Assembly: GCA_963663235.2 (NCBI GenBank)
Contig: CAXXNO010000012.1
Coordinates: 224,001-288,000, forward strand
Origin: Dehalococcoidia bacterium
GTDB lineage: Bacteria > Chloroflexota > Dehalococcoidia > Bin125
Direction of reading: 5' to 3'
DNA length: 64,000 bases
Both the position numbers and the translations under genes were made by a program. The notes under the pieces were generated by a model. The model worked only from the letters and a program-made list of their open reading frames with translations, did no database searches and was not told the DNA's origin. The stretch's first letter is position 1. Each line of letters opens with the position of its first letter. Of the stretch, positions 9,153 through 18,409 are shown one piece after another.

Positions 9153-9440
9153 CTAGGTGTCCAGCGTGCTCATGTCGTCCACCTTCCAGGAGTCGCCGCT
9201 GGCCACCCAGCGGGTGCCAATGGCGCCGCCGCCGTCCGGCGCCGAGAAGATGATGTGCACTACCCCGTCGCCCCGCTCCTCGATAACGTATCCGGTGGCG
9301 TCCTGGGCGCCCCCCGTTTGCGCCTGGACGGTCAGCGCCTTCTTCATGCCGGACGCCGTGAAGACGCGCATGAGGCCCATGAGGTTATTGGCGATGATAT
9401 CGCGGGCCAGCTGGTCGGCGGCGTCATGGAGGGTCGTCAT
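9153..9440 (-). CDS. Small hypothetical protein (95 aa, possibly NTF2-like)
   Basis: GGAG RBS upstream of MTTLHDAAD...; globular composition ending WKVDD. Confidence 0.6.
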   Translation of the reverse strand: MTTLHDAADQLARDIIANNLMGLMRVFTASGMKKALTVQAQTGGAQDATGYVIEERGDGVVHIIFSAPDGGGAIGTRWVASGDSWKVDDMSTLDT

Positions 9441-9672
9441 CGTCGCTCCCGGGGTTGCACGGCTGATCCGATGCCGGAGTCTATCCGCACCCTCGGCGCG
9501 GGTCAAAGCGGCGACGAGCCTTGAGGGATCGGATGCGGGCCTTTGATCGTCGCGCTCCTCCTCGATCCGGGGTCGTTTCCCGGCGCTCCGCAAGGGAGTC
9601 CCCGATCTCCAGTCCTCAGCGGATACCCCATGCGAGCGCTTCACGATTACCCTGATGCGGGAGGAGGCGCAC

Positions 9673-10425
9673 GTGGCTGACGACGGTGCAATCGTTGAAG
9701 CGGAACAGGTGCACAAGACGTATCGCTCGGGAGGGCGCGCGGAGGTGCACGCGCTGCGCGGGGTCTCTCTCTCCGCGCCGCGCGGCGAGATGGTCAGCAT
9801 CATGGGGCCGTCTGGCTGCGGCAAGACGACGCTCCTCAACGCGCTCTCCGGGCTGGACGACATCGACTCCGGCGAGATCCGCATCGAGGGACGGGAGATC
9901 CAGAAGCTCTCCGACAACGCCCGCACCGACTACCGCGCCCGGCGGATGGGCTTCATCTTCCAGTTCTACAACCTGCTGCCCGTGCTCTCGGCGGTGGAGA
10001 ATGTGGAGTTGCCGTTGCTGGTGAGCGGGGTCCCCGCCCGTGAGGCGCGGACCCGAGCCATGGCCGCGCTGGAGCAGGTCCACCTCACAGACTGGGCCCA
10101 GCACCGGCCGGCCCAGCTGTCCGGCGGTCAGCGCCAGCGCGTGACCATCGCGCGGGCGCTGGTCAACAACCCCGCCATCGTCTGGGCGGACGAGCCCACG
10201 GGTGACCTGGACAGCACCAACGCCGGCGAGATCATGGACTTCATTCAGCAGCTCAACGAGCAAAACAGTCAGACGTTCGTGATCGTCACGCACGACGAGG
10301 GGGTCGGGGGGCGCTGCCACCGGACCATCCACATGCGGGACGGCCGCATCGAGGGGGAGACGCAGCACCGGCCATTCCAGCCGCGTACGGGGGTCGCCGC
10401 AGCCGAGTCCGCGGGCAGCGCATGA
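9673..10425 (+). CDS. ABC transporter ATP-binding protein (LolD/MacB family)
   Basis: [24 protein letters not shown] and VTHD; GAGGAGG RBS before GTG. Confidence 0.93.
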   Translation: MADDGAIVEAEQVHKTYRSGGRAEVHALRGVSLSAPRGEMVSIMGPSGCGKTTLLNALSGLDDIDSGEIRIEGREIQKLSDNARTDYRARRMGFIFQFYNLLPVLSAVENVELPLLVSGVPAREARTRAMAALEQVHLTDWAQHRPAQLSGGQRQRVTIARALVNNPAIVWADEPTGDLDSTNAGEIMDFIQQLNEQNSQTFVIVTHDEGVGGRCHRTIHMRDGRIEGETQHRPFQPRTGVAAAESAGSA

Positions 10426-13400
10426 AAGAGCTCTTCGGCGCGCCCATGAGCGACGTGCTCTTGGTGGTGGTGGTGCTCCTGATCATCAGCGCCGCGCTGG
10501 TCTCGGTGCTCGCCTGGCGCAACCCGCTCCTGTTCAAGATCGGGCTCCGGAATATCCCGCGCCGCCGGGCGCAGACGGCGCTGATCGCCATCGGGCTGAT
10601 GCTGAGCACGCTGCTGATCTCGTCGGCCTTCGCCACCGGCGACACGCTGAGCAGCAGCCTGCGCAACCTCGCCTTCGAGATCACCGGCCCCATCGATCAC
10701 ATCGTCCAGTTCGACACCGACGCCGGCCGCAGCGTCGCGCAGCGCGACGCCGTCGTGCCGCAACAGATCGCCGATGACTTGCAACAGGAGTTCGCGGAGG
10801 ACGAGGACATCGAACAGTTCGTCCGCGTCATGTTCGACGCCGTCTCCATGGAGAACCTTGATAAGGGGCAGTCGGAGCCGCTGGTCTTCACGCTGGGCCT
10901 GGACCCCGACGAGGTCGACGCGGTGGGCGGCATCCCCCGGCTTCGCGGGGGCAAGATCCAGCTTGCCGACCTGCCCCCGAACGGCATCGTCCTGAACGAG
11001 TCAGCCGCCGACCTGCTGGCGGCGGAGACCGGCGACCGGGTCCGGCTGCGGGTCTTGGGCCGGCTGCAAGAGTTTCAGGTGTTCGACATCGCGGAGGACA
11101 CGCTGCTGAGCGGCAAGGTGAACCCGGCCGATCCGCAAGGAGGCGTCATTCGCCTGGAAGACGCGCAGCAGATCTTCCAGCAGGAGGGCCGACTCACCGG
11201 CATCGGCGTCACGGCCGGCGGGGTCGACCGATCGGACGACGTCGAGGCGCGCCTCAACCGCTTCTTCGAGCTGAAGGCGCAGGACGAGGTCCTTGGCGGC
11301 ATCGAAGGCGACGACCGCGTCTACGCCGACGACCTCGGCCGGCCCCAGTTCGAAGCGGCCCCCTTCAAGAAGGACACCGTGGACGACGCCGAAGCGTTCG
11401 GCTCCATCTTCACCTCGTTCTTCTTGGTGATGGGGCTGTTCGCCATCGCGGCGGGGCTGCTGCTGATCCTGCTCATCTTCGTCATGCTGGCGCAGGAGCG
11501 GAAAACGGAGATGGGGATCTCCCGCGCCGTGGGCATGCAACGCAGCCAGTTGGTGCAGGCGTTCCTGGCGGAAGGGATCGCCTACAACCTGGGCGCGGCG
11601 GTGATCGGCACCGTGGCCGGCATCTTGATCTCGTTCGGCATGGTGGCTGTGCTGGAATCCGCCTTCGACGACTTCGGGATCACCTTCACCCAGCACATCG
11701 AGCCACGCAGCGTCGTGGTGGCGGCGGGCCTCGGCATCCTGCTGACGTTGATCGTGGTAGTGGTGTCGTCGTTCGTGGTGAGCCAGCTCAACATCGTCGC
11801 GGCGATCCGGGACATCCCGGACGACCGTGCGCGGGACCGGCGACGGATCTCAGTGCCCGGCGTAGTTACCACGACCGTTGGGTTGATCCTCACGGCGACG
11901 ATCTTCATCCCCGTGATCAACGCGGTAGTTGGGTTCGTCGCCTTGAACCTGCCGGGGTTGGGAGCCGCGATCCGGCGGCGCGGCTGGGGCGAGTGGGTCG
12001 TGATCAGCACCTGGCGCCTGATGCGCTGGCGACAGGAGTGGTGGTTCGTGCTGTTGTTGCTGGGCGCGATCGCGGTCCTGTTGGGCCTCGATTCGGAAAG
12101 CGCCTTCTTCTACCTCCTAGGGCTCTCCCTGATCACCATCGGGCTGGTACTCCTAGCCCGCCGCCTGAATCTCGCGGGGCGCGCCGCCTACAGCCTGATG
12201 GGCCTGGCCATCCTCTTCTTCTGGCTGGCGCCGCGAGATTGGCATACCGAGGTCTGGGGCAAGGAGTTTGAAGGCGGCATCGAGATGTTCGTGCTCTCCG
12301 GCATCATGATGGTGACGAGTGCAACCGTCTTCGTGATCTTCAACCTGGACCTTCTCATCGAGCCGATCCGCTGGATCGGCCGCGCCTTCGGCCGCTTCGC
12401 CCCCGCGGTGCGGACCGCCGTCGCCTACCCCACCACGGCGCGCTACCGGACGGGCATGACCGTCGCCATGATCGCCATCATCATGTTCGCCCTGGTCACC
12501 TTCACCACCATCAACCGGAACTTCGCCGCCGCGTTCACCAGCGACGCCGCCGCCGGCGGCTTCGACGTGCAGGTGGACTCCACCATCAACGACGAACTCA
12601 GCGACCTCCGCGCCGCCCTCATCGAGGCGGAGGCGGACGACCTCGCCCGCAATCTGGAGACGATCACGCGGCTGCGCATCGGCAGCGTCCTCGGAACGGA
12701 CGTGCTCACGCTGGAGAGCGAGCGCTGGAACGCGTTGGATGACCGGCCGATTCGAGACGAGAGCGGCGAGCCGATCTTCGACCCGGCATCATCCTCCGGC
12801 GATCGCTCGACGTCCCAGCTCACCTTCCTCACCGGCGCCGACGACGCCTTCCTCGTGGAGAACCGCGTCCCGCTCCAGGCCCGCGCCGTCGGCTTTGAAT
12901 CCGACGGAGAAGTGTGGGACGCCCTGCGCGACCCCGGTAACAACTTCGCCGTGGTGACCTTCAACGCCGTCGTACAAGACGACTTCGGTGGTTTTGAAGA
13001 CGCGAGCTTCGAGATGCCCGACGTCATCGATGAGGAGTCAACCCGTGCGCCGCGGGTGCGCGTGCAACTGCGCAACGGTGACCGTACGACGGAGGTGACG
13101 ATTATCGGCGTAGTGAGTCAGGTCGCCGGCGTCACGGAGCCCACCTTCCCCTTCCTCCCCAGCATCATCACCCACGACGAGATCCTCGCCGGGCTGTACG
13201 ACAAGGTGGACGTGACCCGCCACCTCGCCGGCGTCGGTCCGGGGGTCGATCCGCTGGAGACGGCTCGGGCCATCGAGGCGACGCTCAACGTGCAGGCGTT
13301 TTCCATCATCGACGAGTTGGAGGACCAGCAGGCGCAGTTCGATGCCATCCTCAAGCTGTTCCAGGGGTTCACCGGCCTGGGGCTGCTCGTGGGCATCGCC

Positions 13401-13748
13401 GCGCTGGGCGTCATCGCGTGGCGGGCGGTGGTCGAGCGGCGCCAGCAGATCGGCGTGCTGCGGGCCATCGGTTACCGCCGCGGGATGGTGCGGCTGGAGA
13501 TGCTGTTGGAGATGGGCTTCATCGCCGCGCTGGGGATCGGGATCGGGATCGCGCTGGCGCTGGCGCTCGCCTGGCGCCTCTTCGACGAGCAGACGTTCGG
13601 CGGCTTCGGCGGGATCGCCTTCCAGATCCCGGTGGTGGAGATCGTCATCTTCGCCGCCGCCGCGCAGACCGGCGCGCTGCTCATGACCTACCTGCCGGCC
13701 CGTCAGGCGGCCCGTCTGCCGCCGGCGGAGGCCCTGCGCTACGAGTAG
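10422..13748 (+). CDS. ABC transporter permease, double FtsX/MacB domain
   Basis: Two FtsX motifs ([26 protein letters not shown]), many TM segments, ends PAEALRYE. Confidence 0.9.
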   Translation: MKELFGAPMSDVLLVVVVLLIISAALVSVLAWRNPLLFKIGLRNIPRRRAQTALIAIGLMLSTLLISSAFATGDTLSSSLRNLAFEITGPIDHIVQFDTDAGRSVAQRDAVVPQQIADDLQQEFAEDEDIEQFVRVMFDAVSMENLDKGQSEPLVFTLGLDPDEVDAVGGIPRLRGGKIQLADLPPNGIVLNESAADLLAAETGDRVRLRVLGRLQEFQVFDIAEDTLLSGKVNPADPQGGVIRLEDAQQIFQQEGRLTGIGVTAGGVDRSDDVEARLNRFFELKAQDEVLGGIEGDDRVYADDLGRPQFEAAPFKKDTVDDAEAFGSIFTSFFLVMGLFAIAAGLLLILLIFVMLAQERKTEMGISRAVGMQRSQLVQAFLAEGIAYNLGAAVIGTVAGILISFGMVAVLESAFDDFGITFTQHIEPRSVVVAAGLGILLTLIVVVVSSFVVSQLNIVAAIRDIPDDRARDRRRISVPGVVTTTVGLILTATIFIPVINAVVGFVALNLPGLGAAIRRRGWGEWVVISTWRLMRWRQEWWFVLLLLGAIAVLLGLDSESAFFYLLGLSLITIGLVLLARRLNLAGRAAYSLMGLAILFFWLAPRDWHTEVWGKEFEGGIEMFVLSGIMMVTSATVFVIFNLDLLIEPIRWIGRAFGRFAPAVRTAVAYPTTARYRTGMTVAMIAIIMFALVTFTTINRNFAAAFTSDAAAGGFDVQVDSTINDELSDLRAALIEAEADDLARNLETITRLRIGSVLGTDVLTLESERWNALDDRPIRDESGEPIFDPASSSGDRSTSQLTFLTGADDAFLVENRVPLQARAVGFESDGEVWDALRDPGNNFAVVTFNAVVQDDFGGFEDASFEMPDVIDEESTRAPRVRVQLRNGDRTTEVTIIGVVSQVAGVTEPTFPFLPSIITHDEILAGLYDKVDVTRHLAGVGPGVDPLETARAIEATLNVQAFSIIDELEDQQAQFDAILKLFQGFTGLGLLVGIAALGVIAWRAVVERRQQIGVLRAIGYRRGMVRLEMLLEMGFIAALGIGIGIALALALAWRLFDEQTFGGFGGIAFQIPVVEIVIFAAAAQTGALLMTYLPARQAARLPPAEALRYE

Positions 13749-13757
13749 GAGCGCCGG

Positions 13758-14594
13758 ATGACGGCCCCGACCCTGGACCCCGCCACCCGCGCGCTCTTCT
13801 ATCGCTACGACCGCGCCCTCCCGCTCAACGCCGAAACCACCGTGGTCGCCGATTCCAAGGCGCTGCGCATTGAGCGGTTCGCGATCTCCTCGCGCCACGA
13901 TGCGCGGGTGCCCGGCCTGTTTCTGCACAACCCGAACGCCGGCGAGCCCCGCCCGACTGTGCTGATCGCGCACCCGGCCACGCTCGATAAGAGCAGCGAC
14001 TACGTCATGGAGCCAGCGCGCGCTTGGGTGGAGCGCGGCGCGATCTGCGTGACCATCGACCAGGCCGGACACGGCGAGCGGCGCGACGGCGCGCTGGACG
14101 TCCGCGAGTCGCTGCGCTCCCCGGTCCGGCGGGCGGACGAGTCGGTACAGACCGCGGTCGACTGGATGCGCACCGTGGACTACATCATCGGGCGGCCCGA
14201 GGTGGATGCAGAACGCATCGGCTTCGCGGGCTTCTCCCTTGGGGGCATGCGCGGCGCGGCCTTCGTGGGGCTGGACGCGCGGGTGAAGGCCTCCGTCTTC
14301 GCGATCTGCGGCGCGGCGGGATCGGTCCGGGCCCAGGTCAAAGGCGACGACGCCGACGCCATCGCCGCTTCGCTCGCCATCACCGACCCTTTGCACTTCG
14401 CCCCCCTGATCGCGCCGCGCGCCGCGCTCGTGCTGGCCGGGCGGCAAGATGACTACGTGCCGCCGGAGTCGACGCAGGCGTTCTTCGACGCCCTCGGCGA
14501 CCCCAAAGCGATCCAGTGGCTGGACTGCGGCCACTTCGACTTTTGGCCGCAAGGGCTGGCGCCCATCTGGCCCTTTCTGGAGTCGCACCTCTAA
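13758..14594 (+). CDS. Alpha/beta hydrolase (dienelactone hydrolase/acetylxylan esterase-like)
   Basis: Nucleophile elbow GFSLGG, followed by Asp (QDD) and His (CGH). Confidence 0.85.
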   Translation: MTAPTLDPATRALFYRYDRALPLNAETTVVADSKALRIERFAISSRHDARVPGLFLHNPNAGEPRPTVLIAHPATLDKSSDYVMEPARAWVERGAICVTIDQAGHGERRDGALDVRESLRSPVRRADESVQTAVDWMRTVDYIIGRPEVDAERIGFAGFSLGGMRGAAFVGLDARVKASVFAICGAAGSVRAQVKGDDADAIAASLAITDPLHFAPLIAPRAALVLAGRQDDYVPPESTQAFFDALGDPKAIQWLDCGHFDFWPQGLAPIWPFLESHL

Positions 14595-14631
14595 CCGCCC
14601 ACCGAGCGGTCGATCACGGACTGGAGCAGCG

Positions 14632-15547
14632 ATGCGAGCCGTCTACATCACAGAGCAGGGTGGGCCGGTCGCGCGAGTTCGCGGAGCCGTTCATTCTCGG
14701 CGCCGATATCGCCGGGACGGTGGCGGCGCTTGGGGCTGGAGCGGAGGCGGTGTCGGTCGGTCAGCGCGTGCTCATCAACCCCGGCATCAGCGACAACACC
14801 TGCGACTACTGCTTGATTGGCAAGAGCAACCTCTGCCGCACCTACAGGCTGCTGGGCCTGCACGTGAACGGGGGCTACGCCGAATACGTGAAGGCGCCGG
14901 CCGAGAACATCCACGCGATCCCCGATTCGCTGCCGTTCGACGAGGCGGCGGCGATCCCGCTCACCGTCGCCACCGCCTACCACATGCTGGTGACCCGAGC
15001 GCGCATCCGCCCCGGTGACAGCGTCTTAGTGCAGGCGGCGGGCAGCGGCGTCGGCGCCGCGGCGATCCAGATCGCCAAGGCGCTGGGCGCCTGGGTCGTG
15101 ACGACCGCCGGCAGGGACGACACGCTGGCCAAGGGGATCGCGCTGGGCGCCGACGCGGGCATCAACTACACCGCCGAGCCGCGGTTCAGCGAGCGCGTGC
15201 GCGAGCTGACCGACGGCGAGGGCGTGGACATCGTGATCGACCACATCGGACCGGCCACGTTCGACGAGAACCTCAAGTCGCTCAGGCGGGGCGGCCAGCT
15301 CCTCAACTGCGGGCGCACCACCGGCGAGGTGGTGGAGCTGCCCCTGTTCCAACTCATGCTCAACCAGCAGACCGTGCACGGCACCTTCATGGGCACCAAG
15401 GCGGAGATGCAGGACTGGATGCGGCTGGTCCGCACCGGGAAGATCCGTGGCGTGGTGGGTGAGACGTTCGCACTGCAGGACGCCGCCGAGGCGCACCGAC
15501 GGATGGCGAGCCGGCACTTCTTCGGCAAGCTGGTGCTGCGGCCGTAG
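14632..15547 (+). pseudogene. Zn-binding MDR alcohol dehydrogenase/quinone oxidoreductase, frameshifted by an internal deletion near the 5' end
   Basis: RBS and ATG give MRAVYITEQGGP in one frame. The body (PFILGADIAG...CDYC...C, AAGSGVG, GKLVL) is in another frame from about 14670, and the usual N-terminal segment between them is missing. Confidence 0.75.
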
Positions 15548-15560
15548 GACCAGAAAGCGC

Positions 15561-15590
15561 TTGACAGCGTATATTAGTGATTGCTAATAT
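15561..15590 (+). promoter_or_regulatory. TA operon promoter with palindromic operator
   Basis: TTGACA (15561-15566)-N18-TAATAT with TG extension. The perfect inverted repeat ATATTAG-N6-CTAATAT (15571-15590) overlaps it. ATG follows 4 nt later. Confidence 0.75.
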
Positions 15591-15594
15591 CCCC

Positions 15595-15963
15595 ATGGCC
15601 TGGCGGATCTATCAGTATCAGAGCCGGCGCGGCGACCTGCCGCTGGACGACTACCTCGCGAGACTGAGTCCGAAAGAGCGCGCGGTGGCTCTGCGGTTCA
15701 TCAGCCGCCTAGCAGAGTTTGGTCCTCAATTGGGTGAGCCCCACGTCAAGCGACTGCACGATCCCCGTCGACAGCTTTTCGAGCTCCGTCCCGGCGCGCA
15801 TCGGATCTTCTTTTGTTGCGTCGTGCGGAATGCGGTGGTGCTGCTGCACGGCTATCGCAAGCGGTCGACGAACACCCCACCGCGAGAGTTGACGACCGCT
15901 CAGCGGCGCTACGACGAAGTGGTCGGCGGATCCTCAACGCCGCTATTGGGAAAGAGTCAATGA
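15595..15963 (+). CDS. Type II toxin, RelE/ParE superfamily (HigB/Gp49-like)
   Basis: LGEPHVKRL, LFELR, RIFF and LLHGYRKRS..TP motifs; toxin-first gene order. Confidence 0.85.
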   Translation: MAWRIYQYQSRRGDLPLDDYLARLSPKERAVALRFISRLAEFGPQLGEPHVKRLHDPRRQLFELRPGAHRIFFCCVVRNAVVLLHGYRKRSTNTPPRELTTAQRRYDEVVGGSSTPLLGKSQ

Positions 15964-16361
15964 TCGCGAACGCCGTCCCCTGGGAAGAGTCGAAGCGTAG
16001 GCTCCTCGCCGACCCAGAAACCCGCGCCGCCTACGACGCGCTGGAGGATCGTTACCAACTGACCAGGGGACTGATCCGCATCCGCCTGGAAGCCGGCCTC
16101 ACTCAGGCCCAGGTGGCGCGGCGGATGGGCGTGACACAGGGGCGGGTGGCGCAAATCGAGTCTCTGAACAGTACCGCCCTCCCCAGCCTCACGAGCATCC
16201 GTCGCTTCGCGGCGGCCTGCGGACAGCAGCCGGTGATCGGGTTTGAGCCGCTGGCAGAGGACTCGCGCGCGTCCACGAAGTCACCTCGGGCGCTGAAAGT
16301 CGCGGAACGGCGCCGCCGAAGCTACGCAGCCAAAGCGAAACCGCGGCCGCGTCGACGCTAG
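15960..16361 (+). CDS. XRE-family HTH antitoxin (HigA-like)
   Basis: ATGA overlap with the toxin; LADPETRAAY and RLEAGLTQAQVARRMGVTQGRVAQIE HTH. Confidence 0.85.
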   Translation: MIANAVPWEESKRRLLADPETRAAYDALEDRYQLTRGLIRIRLEAGLTQAQVARRMGVTQGRVAQIESLNSTALPSLTSIRRFAAACGQQPVIGFEPLAEDSRASTKSPRALKVAERRRRSYAAKAKPRPRRR

Positions 16362-16402
16362 GGGCCGCCGGTCGCGCCCGCCCCGCTTGCTACACTGCGA
16401 CC

Positions 16403-16549
16403 ATGCGGCTGCAGTTGAAGCTGGCCCTGGCCGGCGCGGCGCTGATCGTTGGGCTGCTGATCGTGATCCTGATCAACAGCAGCCTGGGCGTCGACAGCGA
16501 CGAGACGATCACCGATCTCAACCGCCCGGAGATCGTGGGCGAGCGGTAG
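16403..16549 (+). CDS. Small single-pass membrane protein (48 aa), absent from the ORF track
   Basis: MRLQLKLALAGAALIVGLLIVILINSSLGVDSDETITDLNRPEIVGER*; TGnTACACT -10 ends 6 nt before the ATG (leaderless geometry). Confidence 0.65.
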   Translation: MRLQLKLALAGAALIVGLLIVILINSSLGVDSDETITDLNRPEIVGER

Positions 16550-16574
16550 GCCGTCCGCCTCACAGGAGCGTCGC

Positions 16575-16883
16575 TTGCCCAAAGTCACCATCGAGCCGTC
16601 CGGGATCGAGATCGAGGTTTCCCGGGGCGAGACGATGATGGCCGCGGCCCGCGCCCAGGGGTACTACTGGCCCACCACCTGCGACATGCAGTGCCGCTGC
16701 GCGACCTGCTTCGTCATCGTGCTGGAGGGCGCCGACCACCTCTCGCCCATGTCCGCCGCCGAGCGCAAGGCCTTAATCGAGCAGCGCGGCCGGCGGGCCC
16801 TGGAACAGCTGGTGCGCCTGGGCTGCCAGGCCTCGGTCCACGGCGACGTCACTGTGCGCAAGCCCGGCGTCCGGCTCGAGTAG
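16575..16883 (+). CDS. 2Fe-2S ferredoxin
   Basis: AGGAG RBS with TTG start; C-x5-C-x2-C (CDMQCRCATC) and RLGCQ. Confidence 0.9.
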   Translation: MPKVTIEPSGIEIEVSRGETMMAAARAQGYYWPTTCDMQCRCATCFVIVLEGADHLSPMSAAERKALIEQRGRRALEQLVRLGCQASVHGDVTVRKPGVRLE

Positions 16884-17051
16884 AGCCCGCGAGCCCGGCC
16901 CTGAGGCCGTCCCTGAGTCGCTACTGCGCGGCCGTCGGCATATTGATAAGAGTCGTAGTTCTCGGCCGCTCGGATAGAGCGATCCGATATAATGCGTATC
17001 GCCCGGAACCAGTGGGCGGGGCGTGAGGCCCGTGACGTCCGGGGGGGCACC

Positions 17052-18035
17052 ATCGAGATCGGCCGGCTTGAAGCGTTCGTGCGCGTCGCGCAATTGCGCT
17101 CCTTTTCGAAGGCGGCGGAGGCGATCTACCTCACGCAGCCCACGGTGACCGCCCGCATCCAGGCGTTGGAGCGGGAGCTGGGCGAGCCAATGTTCGAGCG
17201 GATGGGACGCAGCATCCGCCTCACCGACGCCGGGGCGGCCTTCCTGCCCCACGCGCAGCGCGCGCTCCAGGCGCTGGTCGAAGGCCGCGACGCCCTGGTC
17301 AGCGTGCGCAACGTGGAGCACGGCACGCTGGCATTGGGGACGGCCCCCACCGTCGGCACCTACGTCTTGCCTCGGCTCTTGGAGCGCTTCGCCGATCGCC
17401 ATCCCGGCGTGGAGATCACCATTCGCACCGGCCGCTCCGAGGAAGTGATGGCCATGGTGCTGGCGGACGAGGTCCAGGTGGGCTTGGAACGCTACCTGAA
17501 CCACCCGGACATCGAGACCGTGCCGTTGTACCAGGACGCCATCTTCCTCATGGCGGGCACGGACCATCCCATCGCCCAGCGTCAGCGGGTGCGTGTCCAG
17601 GACGTCGTGCACGAGTCCGTCATCTTCTTCGACGTCGGCTCGTCGTATCACGCCATCAGTCACGGGATCTTCCGCGAGACGGGCACGCCGCCCCGGCACG
17701 CGCTGGAGGTCGACAACCTGGAGATGGCCAAGCACCTGGTGCTCGAGGGGCTGGGCCTGGCGTTCCTGCCGCAAGTCGCGGTGGAGCAGGAACTAGCGGA
17801 AGGCCAACTGGTCACCATCGACATCGAGGGCGCCGAGCCACTGACACGGGAGATCGCCGTGATCTATCGCAAGCACCGCCTCCAGAGCCGCTCCGTGGTG
17901 GCGTTCCTTAACCTCCTGCAAGAGGTGTACCAGTTCGAATACCCCGATCCGGAGGGCGCTCCAGCGACGGAAAGCGACACCCGGCCCACCGGAGAGGGCG
18001 AGCGCGCCGCGCCCGCCGCCGGGCGGCGCGGCTGA
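17052..18035 (+). CDS. LysR-family transcriptional regulator (CysL/CmpR-like); start uncertain (ATC 17052 or ATG 16992)
   Basis: SFSKAAEAIYLTQPTVTARIQALERELG HTH, LTDAG and a LysR substrate-binding domain. Confidence 0.9.
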   Translation: MEIGRLEAFVRVAQLRSFSKAAEAIYLTQPTVTARIQALERELGEPMFERMGRSIRLTDAGAAFLPHAQRALQALVEGRDALVSVRNVEHGTLALGTAPTVGTYVLPRLLERFADRHPGVEITIRTGRSEEVMAMVLADEVQVGLERYLNHPDIETVPLYQDAIFLMAGTDHPIAQRQRVRVQDVVHESVIFFDVGSSYHAISHGIFRETGTPPRHALEVDNLEMAKHLVLEGLGLAFLPQVAVEQELAEGQLVTIDIEGAEPLTREIAVIYRKHRLQSRSVVAFLNLLQEVYQFEYPDPEGAPATESDTRPTGEGERAAPAAGRRG

Positions 18036-18049
18036 ACGGAGGCAGTGTC

Positions 18050-18409
18050 GTGCCGCCTGCGCCGACCTTCTTCTGCAAGAGGGGCTGAAGCACCTGCAAT
18101 CGAGCCCGTGCATGGCTCCAGGCGCAAGGAGTAGCCTTTGACGAGCGAGAGTTCTTTCGCAGCCCGCTGACGCCCGCTGAGCTCCACACCTTGATCGGCC
18201 AGCGCGAGGCGCGCGAGCTTTTCGCCGCGCGAAGCCCGAGCGTGCGCAAGCGCGGCCTCAACGTCGACAGCCTGACCGACGATCAGATGCGCGCGCTGAT
18301 GCTGGAGGAGCCGCGTCTGCTGCGGCGGCCGCTGTTGAGAATTGGGCGGCGGGTGCTGGTGGGCTTCAACGAGAGCGCTTGGCGAGAGGCGCTGCCGCGG
18401 GAGCCTTGA
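18050..18409 (+). CDS. ArsC/Spx-family thioredoxin-fold selenoprotein (UxxC)
   Basis: GGAGG RBS then GTG 18050 gives MPPAPTFFCKRG-TGA-STCNRARAWLQAQGVAFDEREFF...PRLLRRPLL...GFN. The TGA (18086-18088) sits at the first Cys of the family CxxC, and a SECIS-like hairpin follows. Confidence 0.85.
18090..18125 (+). promoter_or_regulatory. Bacterial SECIS-like stem-loop
   Basis: Lower stem cctg/cagg (18093-18096/18119-18122), upper stem gagcc/ggctc (18102-18106/18114-18118), loop cGtgcat starting 18 nt after the UGA. Confidence 0.65.
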
